A stretch of 64,000 bases of DNA, taken from positions 1 through 64,000 of the forward strand of contig JAHDYR010000062.1 in assembly GCA_019828565.1 (NCBI GenBank). The letters run 5' to 3'. Position numbers and translations under genes: made by a program. The notes beneath the pieces are model-generated. The model did no database searches and was not told the DNA's origin. It worked only from the letters and a program-made list of their open reading frames with translations. Origin of the DNA: Carpediemonas membranifera BICM. Lineage: Eukaryota; Protista; Fornicata. Below are positions 48,150 to 61,109 of the stretch, in pieces. How positions within the stretch are numbered: the stretch's first letter is position 1; the number at the start of each line of letters is the position of its first letter.

Positions 48150-49571
48150 ATGTTGAGCTCTCTGAAGCCTCTGGCTGTTTCTTTCGGCCGTTTGATGAAC
48201 CACAGCTACGATGCCCTCCCATATCTGTCCCACTCGGAGGCCACTCGTCAACAGGCACTTTCCACCATCGAGAAGGATAGCATCGAGACGCTCCTGTCCG
48301 TTATCCCCGATGAACTGCGCCTCAAGGAGAAGCTTGAGCTCCCGGAGAGCATGAGCGAGCTCGATGTTACCCGCTGGTTCACCGACATGTCCAACAAGAA
48401 CATCTCCGCCGAGCAGGCCTCTTTCTTCCTCGGCAACGGCATCTACCACCACTTCATCCCCTCCGTCGTCGACCACCTCATTCAGCGCTCCGAGTTCCTC
48501 ACCGCCTACACCCCCTACCAGCCCGAGGTGTCCCAGGGCACCCTCCAGTCGATCTTTGAGTTCCAGACCATGGTCGCCATGATCACCGGCATGGACACCG
48601 CCAACGCCTCCATGTACGACGTTCACACCGCCCTCGCCGAGGCCGCGTTGATGGCTCGCCGTATCACCCGCAAGCAGAAGGTCGTCGTCGCCCCCACCGT
48701 GCACGCAAACTCCATCTCCGTCCTCGAGACGTACGCCAACAACGACGGCCGCATGGCTGTCGACGTTGTCCCGGCCGTGGGCCCTGAGGAGGACTGGGTC
48801 GAGGCCGTCATCGCCGAGCTCGACGGGATCACCTCGTCTGTCGTCGTCCAGAACCCCGACGCCTGGGGCAACGTCCGCGACCTCTCCTACCTTGCCGAGA
48901 AGTGCCACGAGAACGGCACACTCCTCGTCGTCTCCGTCCCCGAGTGCGTCTCCCTCGGCGTCATGCAGCCCCCGGGCGCCATGGGCGCTGACATCGTTAT
49001 CGGAGACGGGCAGTCCCTCGCCGGCCCCATGGCGTACGGCGGCCCCACCGTCGGCTTCATGGCCTGCCGCGACAAGTTCATCCGGCAGATGCCCGGCCGC
49101 TTTATCGGCGAGACCGTCGACGCTGATGGCAACCGGACCTACGTCATCACGCTCGCCACCAGGGAGCAGCACATCCGCCGTGAGAAGGCGACGTCGAACA
49201 TCTGCACGTCTGCGGGCATCATGTCGCTTGGCTTCAGCATCCATATGGCCCTCCTCGGCGAGACCGGCTTCAAGGACCTCGCCATGCTCAACCACGACAA
49301 GGCCTGCACCCTGGTCGAGCGCATCGACGCCGAGTGCCCCGCGGTCAAGGTCCTCAACGAGTCGTTCTTCAACGAGTTCACTGTCCGCCTCCCCGCCGGC
49401 AAGAGCGCCAAGGCCCTCGTCGAGGAAGCTGTTGGCATGGGAATCCTGGCCGGTGTCCCTGGCTCCGTGGTGTGCCCCCGCGGTGACTTCGACGACCTGC
49501 TCACGATCGCGGTGACCGAGATGAACACGGACGCCGACTTCGACAAGATGGTGGCACTCCTCAACATGTAG
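48150..49571 (+). CDS. gcvPA: Glycine cleavage system P protein subunit 1 (alpha)
   Basis: EFLTAYTPYQPEVSQGTLQ, NASMYD and REQHIRREKATSNICT motifs. About 470 aa (split P type). Ser/Leu/Arg-rich leader MLSSLKPLAVSFGR. Confidence 0.97.
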   Translation: MLSSLKPLAVSFGRLMNHSYDALPYLSHSEATRQQALSTIEKDSIETLLSVIPDELRLKEKLELPESMSELDVTRWFTDMSNKNISAEQASFFLGNGIYHHFIPSVVDHLIQRSEFLTAYTPYQPEVSQGTLQSIFEFQTMVAMITGMDTANASMYDVHTALAEAALMARRITRKQKVVVAPTVHANSISVLETYANNDGRMAVDVVPAVGPEEDWVEAVIAELDGITSSVVVQNPDAWGNVRDLSYLAEKCHENGTLLVVSVPECVSLGVMQPPGAMGADIVIGDGQSLAGPMAYGGPTVGFMACRDKFIRQMPGRFIGETVDADGNRTYVITLATREQHIRREKATSNICTSAGIMSLGFSIHMALLGETGFKDLAMLNHDKACTLVERIDAECPAVKVLNESFFNEFTVRLPAGKSAKALVEEAVGMGILAGVPGSVVCPRGDFDDLLTIAVTEMNTDADFDKMVALLNM

Positions 49572-50024
49572 ACGCTGGCGTGATTAAATGTTATTTTTAA
49601 GGTTTTAACGTGTTTATTGGGCCCTCTTGTCTTGGGGTCGCTGCCAGGACGACCTTCGTGGCCTTCGAGTCGTCCAGACCGGACGTGCTTCGCACTTTTG
49701 TCGGCCGGGCAACCATCGGATGGAGGTATAGAGGTGTCACCTGTGCGAGAGTTGGCTACGTCCCAGCCAGTTATTGTGTCGGTCGCGCCAGAGTACCGCC
49801 GTTGCCGCAAAGTTACAGTGCAGTTTATGTCATTCAACTCCGTCTCCCTTCACAGCCGCCTGACGCCACACACATGGCACCCGCTGTACTCTGCACACAA
49901 TTGGCGGCTAGACCATTCAATCATCGTGTGTCACGTGTCACCTGTCATGACACCTTACAGCCTACTTCCCGGCAGACAAACTGTAGCCTTGTCAAATCAT
50001 CTTCAGAACGCAAACAATAACGTA

Positions 50025-50290
50025 ATGCCCGGTGATAAGCCCAACAAGACGATGTCCGATAGCCTGAAGGAGGCTAAGGACCAGATCAAGGATGCTGTTC
50101 GTCTCACAGCCCTCTTCTCTCACATAGACTGTTGAAACCAAGGACAGGGTCGTTGATAAGGTACGAGAAGCTTCAAGAATCACTCACACAGGCCAAGGAG
50201 CTCAAGGACAAGGTTTCCGAGAAGATCGGCGGCAAAAAGGAGACCGAAGAGGTCGGTGTCAAGCTGTCCGTCGAGCGCGAGAAGGCATAA
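50025..50290 (+). CDS. Small LEA-like hydrophilic protein (67 aa), introns 50097-50127 and 50161-50191
   Basis: Two 31-nt GT-AG introns give a continuous frame with AKD/AKE 11-mer-like repeats; the middle exon is exactly 11 codons. Confidence 0.7.
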
Positions 50291-50388
50291 ATGAGACGAC
50301 ATGCTGATGTTTGGTGTCTTGGCGAGCCTGAGTGCAGGGTCGAGCCTCATCTTCCGGTGCGCCTAAAAATGCACCCAAATTTTTGGTG

Positions 50389-51472
50389 ATGAGTTCTAGG
50401 TTCTCTAGAGCAGAACGAGTATGTCCATCACAATAACTATGCTTAATTTACTCAGGTTATCCGCGATCTCGATTCCGAGCTCTCCCGCTCCACACGGGAT
50501 GTGAAAACGTTGACATCAAAGGTTGATGACCTCGAGGACGAACGCGACGAGCTTCTTAATGAGCTTGTTCGCAGCAGAAGAGCAAATGAACAACTTTCTA
50601 GGCAGCTCAGCGTTGCTGAGAACAGAGCATCAAAGGCTTCAATCACGAGGCAGGCTGTAGAGAGCCGTGCCGCCAAGAGCGACGTCCTCGAGGACGAAAT
50701 CACTGCACTGAAGAAGACCATAGGACTTATGAAGTCCACCCAGAAGCGGGAGACTGCTGATCTCCGCCGCACGATGCTGCAGCGGCAGCCGTACAACGAA
50801 GTCCGCAATAAGGAGGAGATCCGCAGACTGAGGTCTGTGTTGCGTGGAAAGGGCAAGCTAGTCGACTTCAAGGGGATAACTGGAGTCAAGCGCGAGCTGA
50901 CTACCATCAAGGACCAAAACGCCTCGATCACGGCTCTTCTGGCCGATATTGTTGGGCGGCGCGAGGATAGAGGCAAGGAAACGACAGAGGAGGACGACGT
51001 GGAGCTCTTCATCAACGGGGCCGTGTTCATGGGCCGTTCAGTCGTCCAGCTGACGGAGACGTTGGCCTCGAGTGTGACCGACATCATCGCGGATGCCAAG
51101 GCTGAGGGCAGCAGGTCGGCCCTGTCCAAGGGGATGAAGGAGATCAACGCCCAGATCGAGGAGTGCCAGGCCAAGGCCCGGGCTGCACTGGAGGATGTCT
51201 TGAACGCCGCCACCACCGCACTTGATGGGGAGCAGCTGAGCAAGCTGGATATGCTCGGGACAGAGGTTGACCTCAGTCCGACGAGACACGCGTCTAGCGT
51301 CAGCCGTGTCAAGCGTATGGCATCGTCCGGCGTCCACGATGGGATGAGGCCGCACTTATCGATCGTTGAAGACGACGATGATGAGAGGGTAGCTGTCCGT
51401 ATCCCTCGGAGGGCGAGGCGGAAGGGCGAGCGGAGGGCAGGGCGGTCCATGCTGGGGGTCGATGACCTGTGA
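50389..51472 (+). CDS. Coiled-coil protein, intron 50419-50455
   Basis: ATG at 50389 plus a 37-nt intron joins in frame to ORF 50501-51472; heptad-rich. Confidence 0.75.
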
Positions 51473-51623
51473 GCATGGACGCGAATGCATGGGCTGAGGC
51501 GAGGCCGACTGATAAAAAGTCAGGGCTTGGTGTTTTGTGGGCGTCTGAGGGCGCTGAAATGATTTATGTGTCACAATGTATCTCACGTAATTTTGCCTGA
51601 AACGAGTGAGTGTTCTCAAAAGA

Positions 51624-53114
51624 ATGGGCGTCCTGAGACATCTGGGCCCTCTGCTCATCATCTCAGTACTTATTTTGTTTGTGATTGCGGATGAAACCGT
51701 TTCAAGCCTTGTTTTGGATGCAGGCAAAGCCATTGATAGACGAAACTTCGATGCTGCCGAATCACTGTATTCCAGGGCAATCAAGCTTGACGAGGACCAC
51801 ACTGGGCTACTCTACTGTCAGCGTGCGCTCACTCGCCGTGTCCAACAGAACTATGACGGAGCCTTGTCAGACCTCGACACCTGCCTGGCCAAAAAGGACG
51901 GCCTCTCTGACCGAGACTACGTGTACTACCAACTCAAGCAGCACTGTGAGGTCCTGTTAGCTACTGGCAATGTCGATCGGGCCCTTCGAGAGCTCAAGAG
52001 CCTGAAGAAGTTCGACCTATCCTCTGCCGAGCAGCAGCGCAAAACCGACCTTCAGGGCAGGATCGAGGCCGCCAGAAAGATCAAGAAGCGCCTCCCATCC
52101 GCCGACCTTACTGCTGTCAAGGAGCTCCTCACCCTCACGCCGTACGACCTCAAGCTGCTCAACCAGCTCTGCGCCAAGGCCATAGAGGCCAAGAATACGG
52201 CCCTGCTGGTAGAAGTCTCCCGCAAAATGATCGATTCATTCCCGGGAGACGGGCAGGCCATGCTCTACGGGGCGCAGGGAAAGATGCTCATGGGCGACGT
52301 GCAGTCAGCGTACAAGCTTGCTCGAAGGGCGATGGACCTCGATCCTGACAACAGCGATTATCTCAAGATCTTTAGACCCATCACTCAGACCAAACGTAAG
52401 CTTGACAAGATCGCCAAAGCAATGCAGTCTGGCAAGTACGATCTTGTGGTCGGTGAATCTTTTGATGGGCCTGATATCATCAAGATCTCTGTCGAAAAGT
52501 CCCGCTGTCAGGCAGCAGTGAAGTCAAAGCACAGCAGCGCTGTCTCGATATGCACAGGTGCCCACCGCCTTGCCGAGCGCCTTGGCGACACCGAGGCCGT
52601 TGTCGAGATTCTTCTCGAGCGTTCTACTGCGTATGAGAACGCAGACGACCTCGACAGTGCCATCGCCGACGTCCAGACCGTCCTCCAGCACGACCAGACC
52701 CACGCCACCGCCCGGGACCGCCTATCCTCGCTCCAGACGGCCAAGCAGCTTGCCGACCGGGTCGACCACTACAAGGTGCTGGGGGTGAGTCGGGGCGATG
52801 ACGACAAGACGATCAAGCGGGCGTACAAGAAGCTGGCGATGAAGTACCACCCTGACCGGGCTGAGACCGACGAGCAGCGGGCCGATTTCACAGCCAAGTT
52901 CCAGGAGATCGGGCAGGCGTACGAGATCCTCTCTGATCCGGAGAAACGCGCAGCTTATGACCGCGGTGACGACTTGAAGCAGGGTGGCCCTGGCGGTTTC
53001 CCCGGTGGTTTCCCAGGCGGATTCCCAGGCGGGTTCCAGTTCTTCTCATCCGGACCTCAGGGTGGCGGGGGTCCAGGTGGGAGCCAGGGCGGATTCCGCT
53101 TCCAGTTCCGGTGA
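51624..53114 (+). CDS. DNAJC3: DNAJC3/P58IPK-like ER co-chaperone (signal peptide, TPRs, J domain)
   Basis: Hydrophobic leader, TPR repeats, '[27 protein letters not shown]' and a G/F-rich tail. Confidence 0.88.
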   Translation: MGVLRHLGPLLIISVLILFVIADETVSSLVLDAGKAIDRRNFDAAESLYSRAIKLDEDHTGLLYCQRALTRRVQQNYDGALSDLDTCLAKKDGLSDRDYVYYQLKQHCEVLLATGNVDRALRELKSLKKFDLSSAEQQRKTDLQGRIEAARKIKKRLPSADLTAVKELLTLTPYDLKLLNQLCAKAIEAKNTALLVEVSRKMIDSFPGDGQAMLYGAQGKMLMGDVQSAYKLARRAMDLDPDNSDYLKIFRPITQTKRKLDKIAKAMQSGKYDLVVGESFDGPDIIKISVEKSRCQAAVKSKHSSAVSICTGAHRLAERLGDTEAVVEILLERSTAYENADDLDSAIADVQTVLQHDQTHATARDRLSSLQTAKQLADRVDHYKVLGVSRGDDDKTIKRAYKKLAMKYHPDRAETDEQRADFTAKFQEIGQAYEILSDPEKRAAYDRGDDLKQGGPGGFPGGFPGGFPGGFQFFSSGPQGGGGPGGSQGGFRFQFR

Positions 53115-53679
53115 TCATGGCGTATCAGACGGTGTCATTGATAAACAGCCTCAGACTCACGTCGAGCCACCTCTGGCAATGCTTCGGGCCATAAACTACA
53201 CTCACACCGCAGAGTCACAATGAGGTCTCCTCAAGAGTGGATGACTCTGGCCATCGTGAAACAGTGTCACTTGCTGAACACAACCACGACCATGTCCATG
53301 ATGTGGACATCCGTCAAGCATGTGTCACGTGAGACGACGTCACCGGGCTCCAAGAATTTATGTCACACGGGTAGCCTCTGTATTGTAACACTCATCTCTC
53401 TGGCCGTTTCGCCACAGAGTAATTACAATCTATCGCATAAATCGTTGGAGCCCGGTGACAGCGATCTGGCGGACCTTGTATGCCAGCCTTCGTCGCCTCT
53501 TCAAGCGGCTCTCAGACAGAAAGATCGATGCCCTGGCTCCCTCGAAGACGTCCGGAATGCCTGGACGGCCGACACAATGTTGTCGGGCTCGACCCACATC
53601 GAAGCGAAGGCAAGTGAAGGTGTGCTTAGCATGCGCGAATGATCTGATGACGCGTTCAATACCTCCGCCGCGGCTCTCA

Positions 53680-56600
53680 GGAGCGGCAGGACCGCGTGCT
53701 ACCGGAATACGCAGGGCGTGCAGAGCCCTACTGATTCCAGGAGCACGCCGTCTTGGCACCTCCCACTCGCGACTTTTGGGTCGACCCAATTTCTCGACTT
53801 CAGCTCGGGCAGCCACACCTCGGGCGGGTCACGGCCCGACTGGCAGCACCAGGCGCGCATACGTAGACAGTGTCTTGGTATGCACAGCAAGCCTGCGGGC
53901 GTCACTGTCCCAGGTGCGCGTATGGGGGGTCGACCAAGCGCTCGACTCCGGATCGGCCAGACGCAGGAGAGCTGGCCTGGATTGCTTCGTTGTAGTAAAT
54001 AGTACATGCGTGCGCTGCCGCGCGCCCAAGCCTGACTGGGGCTGCTGTGCTGGATGCGCGCATCCGATCGATCTGGTCGAGTCGCACTTGGGGCGGACGG
54101 GGAGCGGCAGGACCGCGTGCTACCGGAATACGCAGGGCGTGCAGAGCCCTACTGATTCCAGGAGCGCGCCGTCTTGGCACCTCCCACTCGCGACTTTTGG
54201 GTCGACCCAATTTCTCGACTTCAGCTCGGGCAGCCACACCTCGGGCGGGTCACGGCCCGACTGGCAGCACCAGGCGCGCATACGTAGACAGTGTCTTGGT
54301 ATGCACAGCAAGCCTGCGGGCGTCACTGTCCCAGGTGCGCGTATGGGGGGTCGACCAAGCGCTCGACTCCGGATCGGCCAGACGCAGGAGAGCTGGCCTG
54401 GATTGCTTCGTTGTAGTAAATAGTACATGCGTGCGCTGCCGCGCGCCCAAGCCTGACTGGGGCTGCTGTGCTGGATGCGCGCATCCGATCGATCTGGTCG
54501 AGTCGCACTTGGGGCGGACGGGGAGCGGCAGGACCGCGTGCTACCGGAATACGCAGGGCGTGCAGAGCCCTACTGATTCCAGGAGCACGCCGTCTTGGCA
54601 CCTCCCACTCGCGACTTTTGGGTCGACCCAATTTCTCGACTTCAGCTCGGGCAGCCACACCTCGGGCGGGTCACGGCCCGACTGGCAGCACCAGGCGCGC
54701 ATACGTAGACAGTGTCTTGGTATGCACAGCAAGCCTGCGGGCGTCACTGTCCCAGGTGCGCGTATGGGGGGTCGACCAAGCGCTCGACTCCGGATCGGCC
54801 AGACGCAGGAGAGCTGGCCTGGATTGCTTCGTTGTAGTAAATAGTACATGCGTGCGCTGCCGCGCGCCCAAGCCTGACTGGGGCTGCTGTGCTGGATGCG
54901 CGCATCCGATCGATCTGGTCGAGTCGCACTTGGGGCGGACGGGGAGCGGCAGGACCGCGTGCTACCGGAATACGCAGGGCGTGCAGAGCCCTACTGATTC
55001 CAGGAGCACGCCGTCTTGGCGCCTCCCACTCGCGACTTTTGGGTCGACCCAATTTCTCGACTTCAGCTCGGGCAGCCACACCTCGGGCGGGTCACGGCCC
55101 GACTGGCAGCACCAGGCGCGCATACGTAGACAGTGTCTTGGTATGCACAGCAAGCCTGCGGGCGTCACTGTCCCAGGTGCGCGTATGGGGGGTCGACCAA
55201 GCGCTCGACTCCGGATCGGCCAGACGCAGGAGAGCTGGCCTGGATTGCTTCGTTGTAGTAAATAGTACATGCGTGCGCTGCCGCGCGCCCAAGCCTGACT
55301 GGGGCTGCTGTGCTGGATGCGCGCATCCGATCGATCTGGTCGAGTCGCACTTGGGGCGGACGGGGAGCGGCAGGACCGCGTGCTACCGGAATACGCAGGG
55401 CGTGCAGAGCCCTACTGATTCCAGGAGCACGCCGTCTTGGCGCCTCCCACTCGCGACTTTTGGGTCGACCCAATTTCTCGACTTCAGCTCGGGCAGCCAC
55501 ACCTCGGGCGGGTCACGGCCCGACTGGCAGCACCAGGCGCGCATACGTAGACAGTGTCTTGGTATGCACAGCAAGCCTGCGGGCGTCACTGTCCCAGGTG
55601 CGCGTATGGGGGGTCGACCAAGCGCTCGACTCCGGATCGGCCAGACGCAGGAGAGCTGGCCTGGATTGCTTCGTTGTAGTAAATAGTACATGCGTGCGCT
55701 GCCGCGCGCCCAAGCCTGACTGGGGCTGCTGTGCTGGATGCGCGCATCCGATCGATCTGGTCGAGTCGCACTTGGGGCGGACGGGGAGCGGCAGGACCGC
55801 GTGCTACCGGAATACGCAGGGCGTGCAGAGCCCTACTGATTCCAGGAGCACGCCGTCTTGGCGCCTCCCACTCGCGACTTTTGGGTCGACCCAATTTCTC
55901 GACTTCAGCTCGGGCAGCCACACCTCGGGCGGGTCACGGCCCGACTGGCAGCACCAGGCGCGCATACGTAGACAGTGTCTTGGTATGCACAGCAAGCCTG
56001 CGGGCGTCACTGTCCCAGGTGCGCGTATGGGGGGTCGACCAAGCGCTCGACTCCGGATCGGCCAGACGCAGGAGAGCTGGCCTGGATTGCTTCGTTGTAG
56101 TAAATAGTACATGCGTGCGCTGCCGCGCGCCCAAGCCTGACTGGGGCTGCTGTGCTGGATGCGCGCATCCGATCGATCTGGTCGAGTCGCACTTGGGGCG
56201 GACGGGGAGCGGCAGGACCGCGTGCTACCGGAATACGCAGGGCGTGCAGAGCCCTACTGATTCCAGGAGCACGCCGTCTTGGCGCCTCCCACTCGCGACT
56301 TTTGAGTCGACCCAATTTCTCGACTTCAGCTCGGGCAGCCACACCTCGGGCGGGTCACGGCCCGACTGGCAGCACCAGGCGCGCATACGTCGACAGTGTC
56401 TTGGTATGCACAGCAAGCCTGCGGGCGTCACTGTCCCAGGTGCGCGTATGGGGGGTCGACCAAGCGCTCGACTCCGGATCGGCCAGACGCAGGAGAGCTG
56501 GCCTGGATTGCTTCGTTGTAGTAAATAGTACATGCGTGCGCTGCCGCGCGCCCAAGCCTGACTGGGGCTGCTGTGCTGGATGCGCGCATCCGATCGATCT

Positions 56601-59600
56601 GGTCGAGTCGCACTTGGGGCGGACGGGGAGCGGCAGGACCGCGTGCTACCGGAATACGCAGGGCGTGCAGAGCCCTACTGATTCCAGGAGCACGCCGTCT
56701 TGGCGCCTCCCACTCGCGACTTTTGGGTCGACCCAATTTCTCGACTTCAGCTCGGGCAGCCACACCTCGGGCGGGTCACGGCCCGACTGGCAGCACCAGG
56801 CGCGCATACGTCGACAGTGTCTTGGTATGCACAGCAAGCCTGCGGGCGTCACTGTCCCAGGTGCGCGTATGGGGGGTCGACCAAGCGCTCGACTCCGGAT
56901 CGGCCAGACGCAGGAGAGCTGGCCTGGATTGCTTCGTTGTAGTAAATAGTACATGCGTGCGCTGCCGCGCGCCCAAGCCTGACTGGGGCTGCTGTGCTGG
57001 ATGCGCGCATCCGATCGATCTGGTCGAGTCGCACTTGGGGCGGACGGGGAGCGGCAGGACCGCGTGCTACCGGAATACGCAGGGCGTGCAGAGCCCTACT
57101 GATTCCAGGAGCACGCCGTCTTGGCACCTCCCACTCGCGACTTTTGGGTCGACCCAATTTCTCGACTTCAGCTCGGGCAGCCACACCTCGGGCGGGTCAC
57201 GGCCCGACTGGCAGCACCAGGCGCGCATACGTAGACAGTGTCTTGGTATGCACAGCAAGCCTGCGGGCGTCACTGTCCCAGGTGCGCGTATGGGGGGTCG
57301 ACCAAGCGCTCGACTCCGGATCGGCCAGACGCAGGAGAGCTGGCCTGGATTGCTTCGTTGTAGTAAATAGTACATGCGTGCGCTGCCGCGCGCCCAAGCC
57401 TGACTGGGGCTGCTGTGCTGGATGCGCGCATCCGATCGATCTGGTCGAGTCGCACTTGGGGCGGCCGGGGAGCGGCAGGACCGCGTGCTACCGGAATACG
57501 CAGGGCGTGCAGAGCCCTACTGATTCCAGGAGCACGCCGTCTTGGCACCTCCCACTCGCGACTTTTGGGTCGACCCAATTTCTCGACTTCAGCTCGGGCA
57601 GCCACACCTCGGGCGGGTCACGGCCCGACTGGCAGCACCAGGCGCGCATACGTAGACAGTGTCTTGGTATGCACAGCAAGCCTGCGGGCGTCACTGTCCC
57701 AGGTGCGCGTATGGGGGGTCGACCAAGCGCTCGACTCCGGATCGGCCAGACGCAGGAGAGCTGGCCTGGATTGCTTCGTTGTAGTAAATAGTACATGCGT
57801 GCGCTGCCGCGCGCCCAAGCCTGACTGGGGCTGCTGTGCTGGATGCGCGCATCCGATCGATCTGGTCGAGTCGCACTTGGGGCGGACGGGGAGCGGCAGG
57901 ACCGCGTGCTACCGGAATACGCAGGGCGTGCAGAGCCCTACTGATTCCAGGAGCACGCCGTCTTGGCGCCTCCCACTCCGCGACTTTTGGGTCGACCCAA
58001 TTTCTCGACTTCAGCTCGGGCAGCCACACCTCGGGCGGGTCACGGCCCGACTGGCAGCACCAGGCGCGCATACGTAGACAGTGTCTTGGTATGCACAGCA
58101 AGCCTGCGGGCGTCACTGTCCCAGGTGCGCGTATGGGGGGTCGACCAAGCGCTCGACTCCGGATCGGCCAGACGCAGGAGAGCTGGCCTGGATTGCTTCG
58201 TTGTAGTAAATAGTACATGCGTGCGCTGCCGCGCGCCCAAGCCTGACTGGGGCTGCTGTGCTGGATGCGCGCATCCGATCGATCTGGTCGAGTCGCACTT
58301 GGGGCGGACGGGGAGCGGCAGGACCGCGTGCTACCGGAATACGCAGGGCGTGCAGAGCCCTACTGATTCCAGGAGCACGCCGTCTTGGCGCCTCCCACTC
58401 GCGACTTTTGGGTCGACCCAATTTCTCGACTTCAGCTCGGGCAGCCACACCTCGGGCGGGTCACGGCCCGACTGGCAGCACCAGGCGCGCATACGTAGAC
58501 AGTGTCTTGGTATGCACAGCAAGCCTGCGGGCGTCACTGTCCCAGGTGCGCGTATGGGGGGTCGACCAAGCGCTCGACTCCGGATCGGCCAGACGCAGGA
58601 GAGCTGGCCTGGATTGCTTCGTTGTAGTAAATAGTACATGCGTGCGCTGCCGCGCGCCCAAGCCTGACTGGGGCTGCTGTGCTGGATGCGCGCATCCGAT
58701 CGATCTGGTCGAGTCGCACTTGGGGCGGACGGGGAGCGGCAGGACCGCGTGCTACCGGAATACGCAGGGCGTGCAGAGCCCTACTGATTCCAGGAGCACG
58801 CCGTCTTGGCGCCTCCCACTCGCGACTTTTGGGTCGACCCAATTTCTCGACTTCAGCTCGGGCAGCCACACCTCGGGCGGGTCACGGCCCGACTGGCAGC
58901 ACCAGGCGCGCATACGTAGACAGTGTCTTGGTATGCACAGCAAGCCTGCGGGCGTCACTGTCCCAGGTGCGCGTATGGGGGGTCGACCAAGCGCTCGACT
59001 CCGGATCGGCCAGACGCAGGAGAGCTGGCCTGGATTGCTTCGTTGTAGTAAATAGTACATGCGTGCGCTGCCGCGCGCCCAAGCCTGACTGGGGCTGCTG
59101 TGCTGGATGCGCGCATCCGATCGATCTGGTCGAGTCGCACTTGGGGCGGACGGGGAGCGGCAGGACCGCGTGCTACCGGAATACGCAGGGCGTGCAGAGC
59201 CCTACTGATTCCAGGAGCACGCCGTCTTGGCACCTCCCACTCGCGACTTTTGGGTCGACCCAATTTCTCGACTTCAGCTCGGGCAGCCACACCTCGGGCG
59301 GGTCACGGCCCGACTGGCAGCACCAGGCACGCATAAGTAGACAGTGTCTTGGTATGCACAGCAAGCCTGCGGGCGTCACTGTCCCAGGTGCGCGTATGGG
59401 GGGTCGACCAAGCGCTCGACTCCGGATCGGCCAGACGCAGGAGAGCTGGCCTGGATTGCTTCGTTGTAGTAAATAGTACATGCGTGCGCTGCCGCGCGCC
59501 CAAGCCTGACTGGGGCTGCTGTGCTGGATGCGCGCATCCGATCGATCTGGTCGAGTCGCACTTGGGGCGGACGGGGAGCGGCAGGACCGCGTGCTACCGG

Positions 59601-59673
59601 AATACGCAGGGCGTGCAGAGCCCTACTGATTCCAGGAGCACGCCGTCTTGGCGCCTCCCACTCGCGACTTTTG
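53680..59673. repeat. Tandem array of 421-bp units, about 14.2 copies
   Basis: Period of 421 (53680, 54101, ...) with only a few SNPs and one 1-bp insertion; ends in a GAAA-repeat tract. Confidence 0.98.
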
Positions 59674-60444
59674 AAAGAAAGAAAGAAATTTAACGTATCC
59701 TGTACACCTGTGTAAATCAGGGAATTACCAGTTTGCACCACCCCATGTCCCCGGGAACGCCTTAGCGTGTTGACTTCCCTTCGTGAGCGAGCCTGATACT
59801 ACGTTGGGGGCGTTAGCACCATCACCGTCAGGGTCCAGCTGGTAAGGCTGGGTAGTCCCTTGCATGTTGACCTATCAACTGGCTGGCCCGATACCCCCAA
59901 AGTCGGGATAACCCAGGTCTTACTCTTGGGGGTCCTTCGGGCCCCCGTTCTGCCTGGCACCCGCAAGGCCTTGCCCTGCACACCCGCCACCGGGGCCTTC
60001 TGCTCGGTTTCCCCCTACAGGGCTCCTCTCAGGGATATGTTCTCCATACCATTCGACCCAGTTTGCAATTTTTCAGGCACCCGCCGAAGCGGTTTCGGGC
60101 TTGGCGTTTGCCGTACCACGCAATTGGGCCAGTTATGAAACCCACCGATCATCGCTGGGTAGCTATATGATTCACGGCTGCGTTCGGGCTCTTCCACACT
60201 TTCCGTTCCGGCATGGATCCCCTCCTCAAGGATTTGTTCCCTATAGGGCTTCTTCCTAGCTTCCGGCTAGTTCCAAGTTTTGGGTGCCGGGCCGTTCGGC
60301 GCAGCTCTGATTTGGTCCAGGTGCCGCCCAGGTGGTATTGTTGCCTTATGGTTACCCTCCTGTTTGGCTGCTGCGCCCCGATACCTCGCACGTACGTGTA
60401 TACATGTGCATACGTGCCCCGCCCTATGGCTCTGGGTTATTTCT

Positions 60445-60993
60445 TATACGTCATGCAGTCAATTCTGGTACCTTTTCTGGAACAAATAGTTCCAGAATTG
60501 GTTCCAGTTTCTTTGATCGATTTTGATCGAATCTCGCGGATCAGTAGTAAAGTTGGCGTGCGTACTCTATAGACCTAGCTTCACCTCTGGACACATTACT
60601 ACTGCATGCAGATGTCTCAATAAATATTTATGATCGGTTTTCGTATCGTCAGTGCAGGATAAGGTCGCATGACTTGGCCAAAGTCGCTCTTCAGAACTCG
60701 ATCGTCTGACACATACAAACGCTAAAAGTGGTTGGCAAAGATGCATTAGACCTTGTATATGACGTGTATAGACAAAATTTCGGGTGTTGCACTGTCACCT
60801 CTGAGGGGTATCCTCTCAAAAAGTGTTGAAACTCCTACTGTAACATCCCCTTGCTGTCCTAGCAACGGAATAGTACTTTATTTACTTCAACTTTATCCCA
60901 TTCGATAAAGAAAAGTCAAATTGTGTGAGCAATCTTCAACCTTAAAGTGCACATACAGGCATCATGGAAAAGACCCAAAAACGAGAAATCCTG
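60445..60993. repeat. Inverted dispersed repeat, copy 2
   Basis: Reverse complement of 38936-39484; ends in ATGGAAAAGACC.. (MEKTQKREIL). Confidence 0.9.
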
Positions 60994-61109
60994 CCTTGCT
61001 ACAACCTGAACTCGCCATTTTGGCGTTGCAATGAAACTATCCCCTAAAGTGCACACTAAATGAAATCAGATCAAGCAGACAAGACAGCAACGTACATTTA
61101 CGAGTGAGG

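Noticed and set aside
47583-49295. 570-aa antisense ORF over gcvPA
   Set aside because: Shadow ORF caused by strong GC3 codon bias.
53985-54005. U2 snRNA-like TGTAGTA motif in the 421-bp unit
   Set aside because: The conserved U2 5' stem and Sm site are not recognisable.
53455-59741. Repeated 265/111/102/66-aa ORFs, and a CRISPR interpretation of the array
   Set aside because: Units are identical with no unique spacers and no cas genes. The ORFs are expected from GC-rich 3n+1 units and show no domain.
38936-60993. 22-kb giant transposon bounded by TIRs
   Set aside because: No TSD. The left copy is part of a continuing gene, and the interior holds ordinary housekeeping genes.
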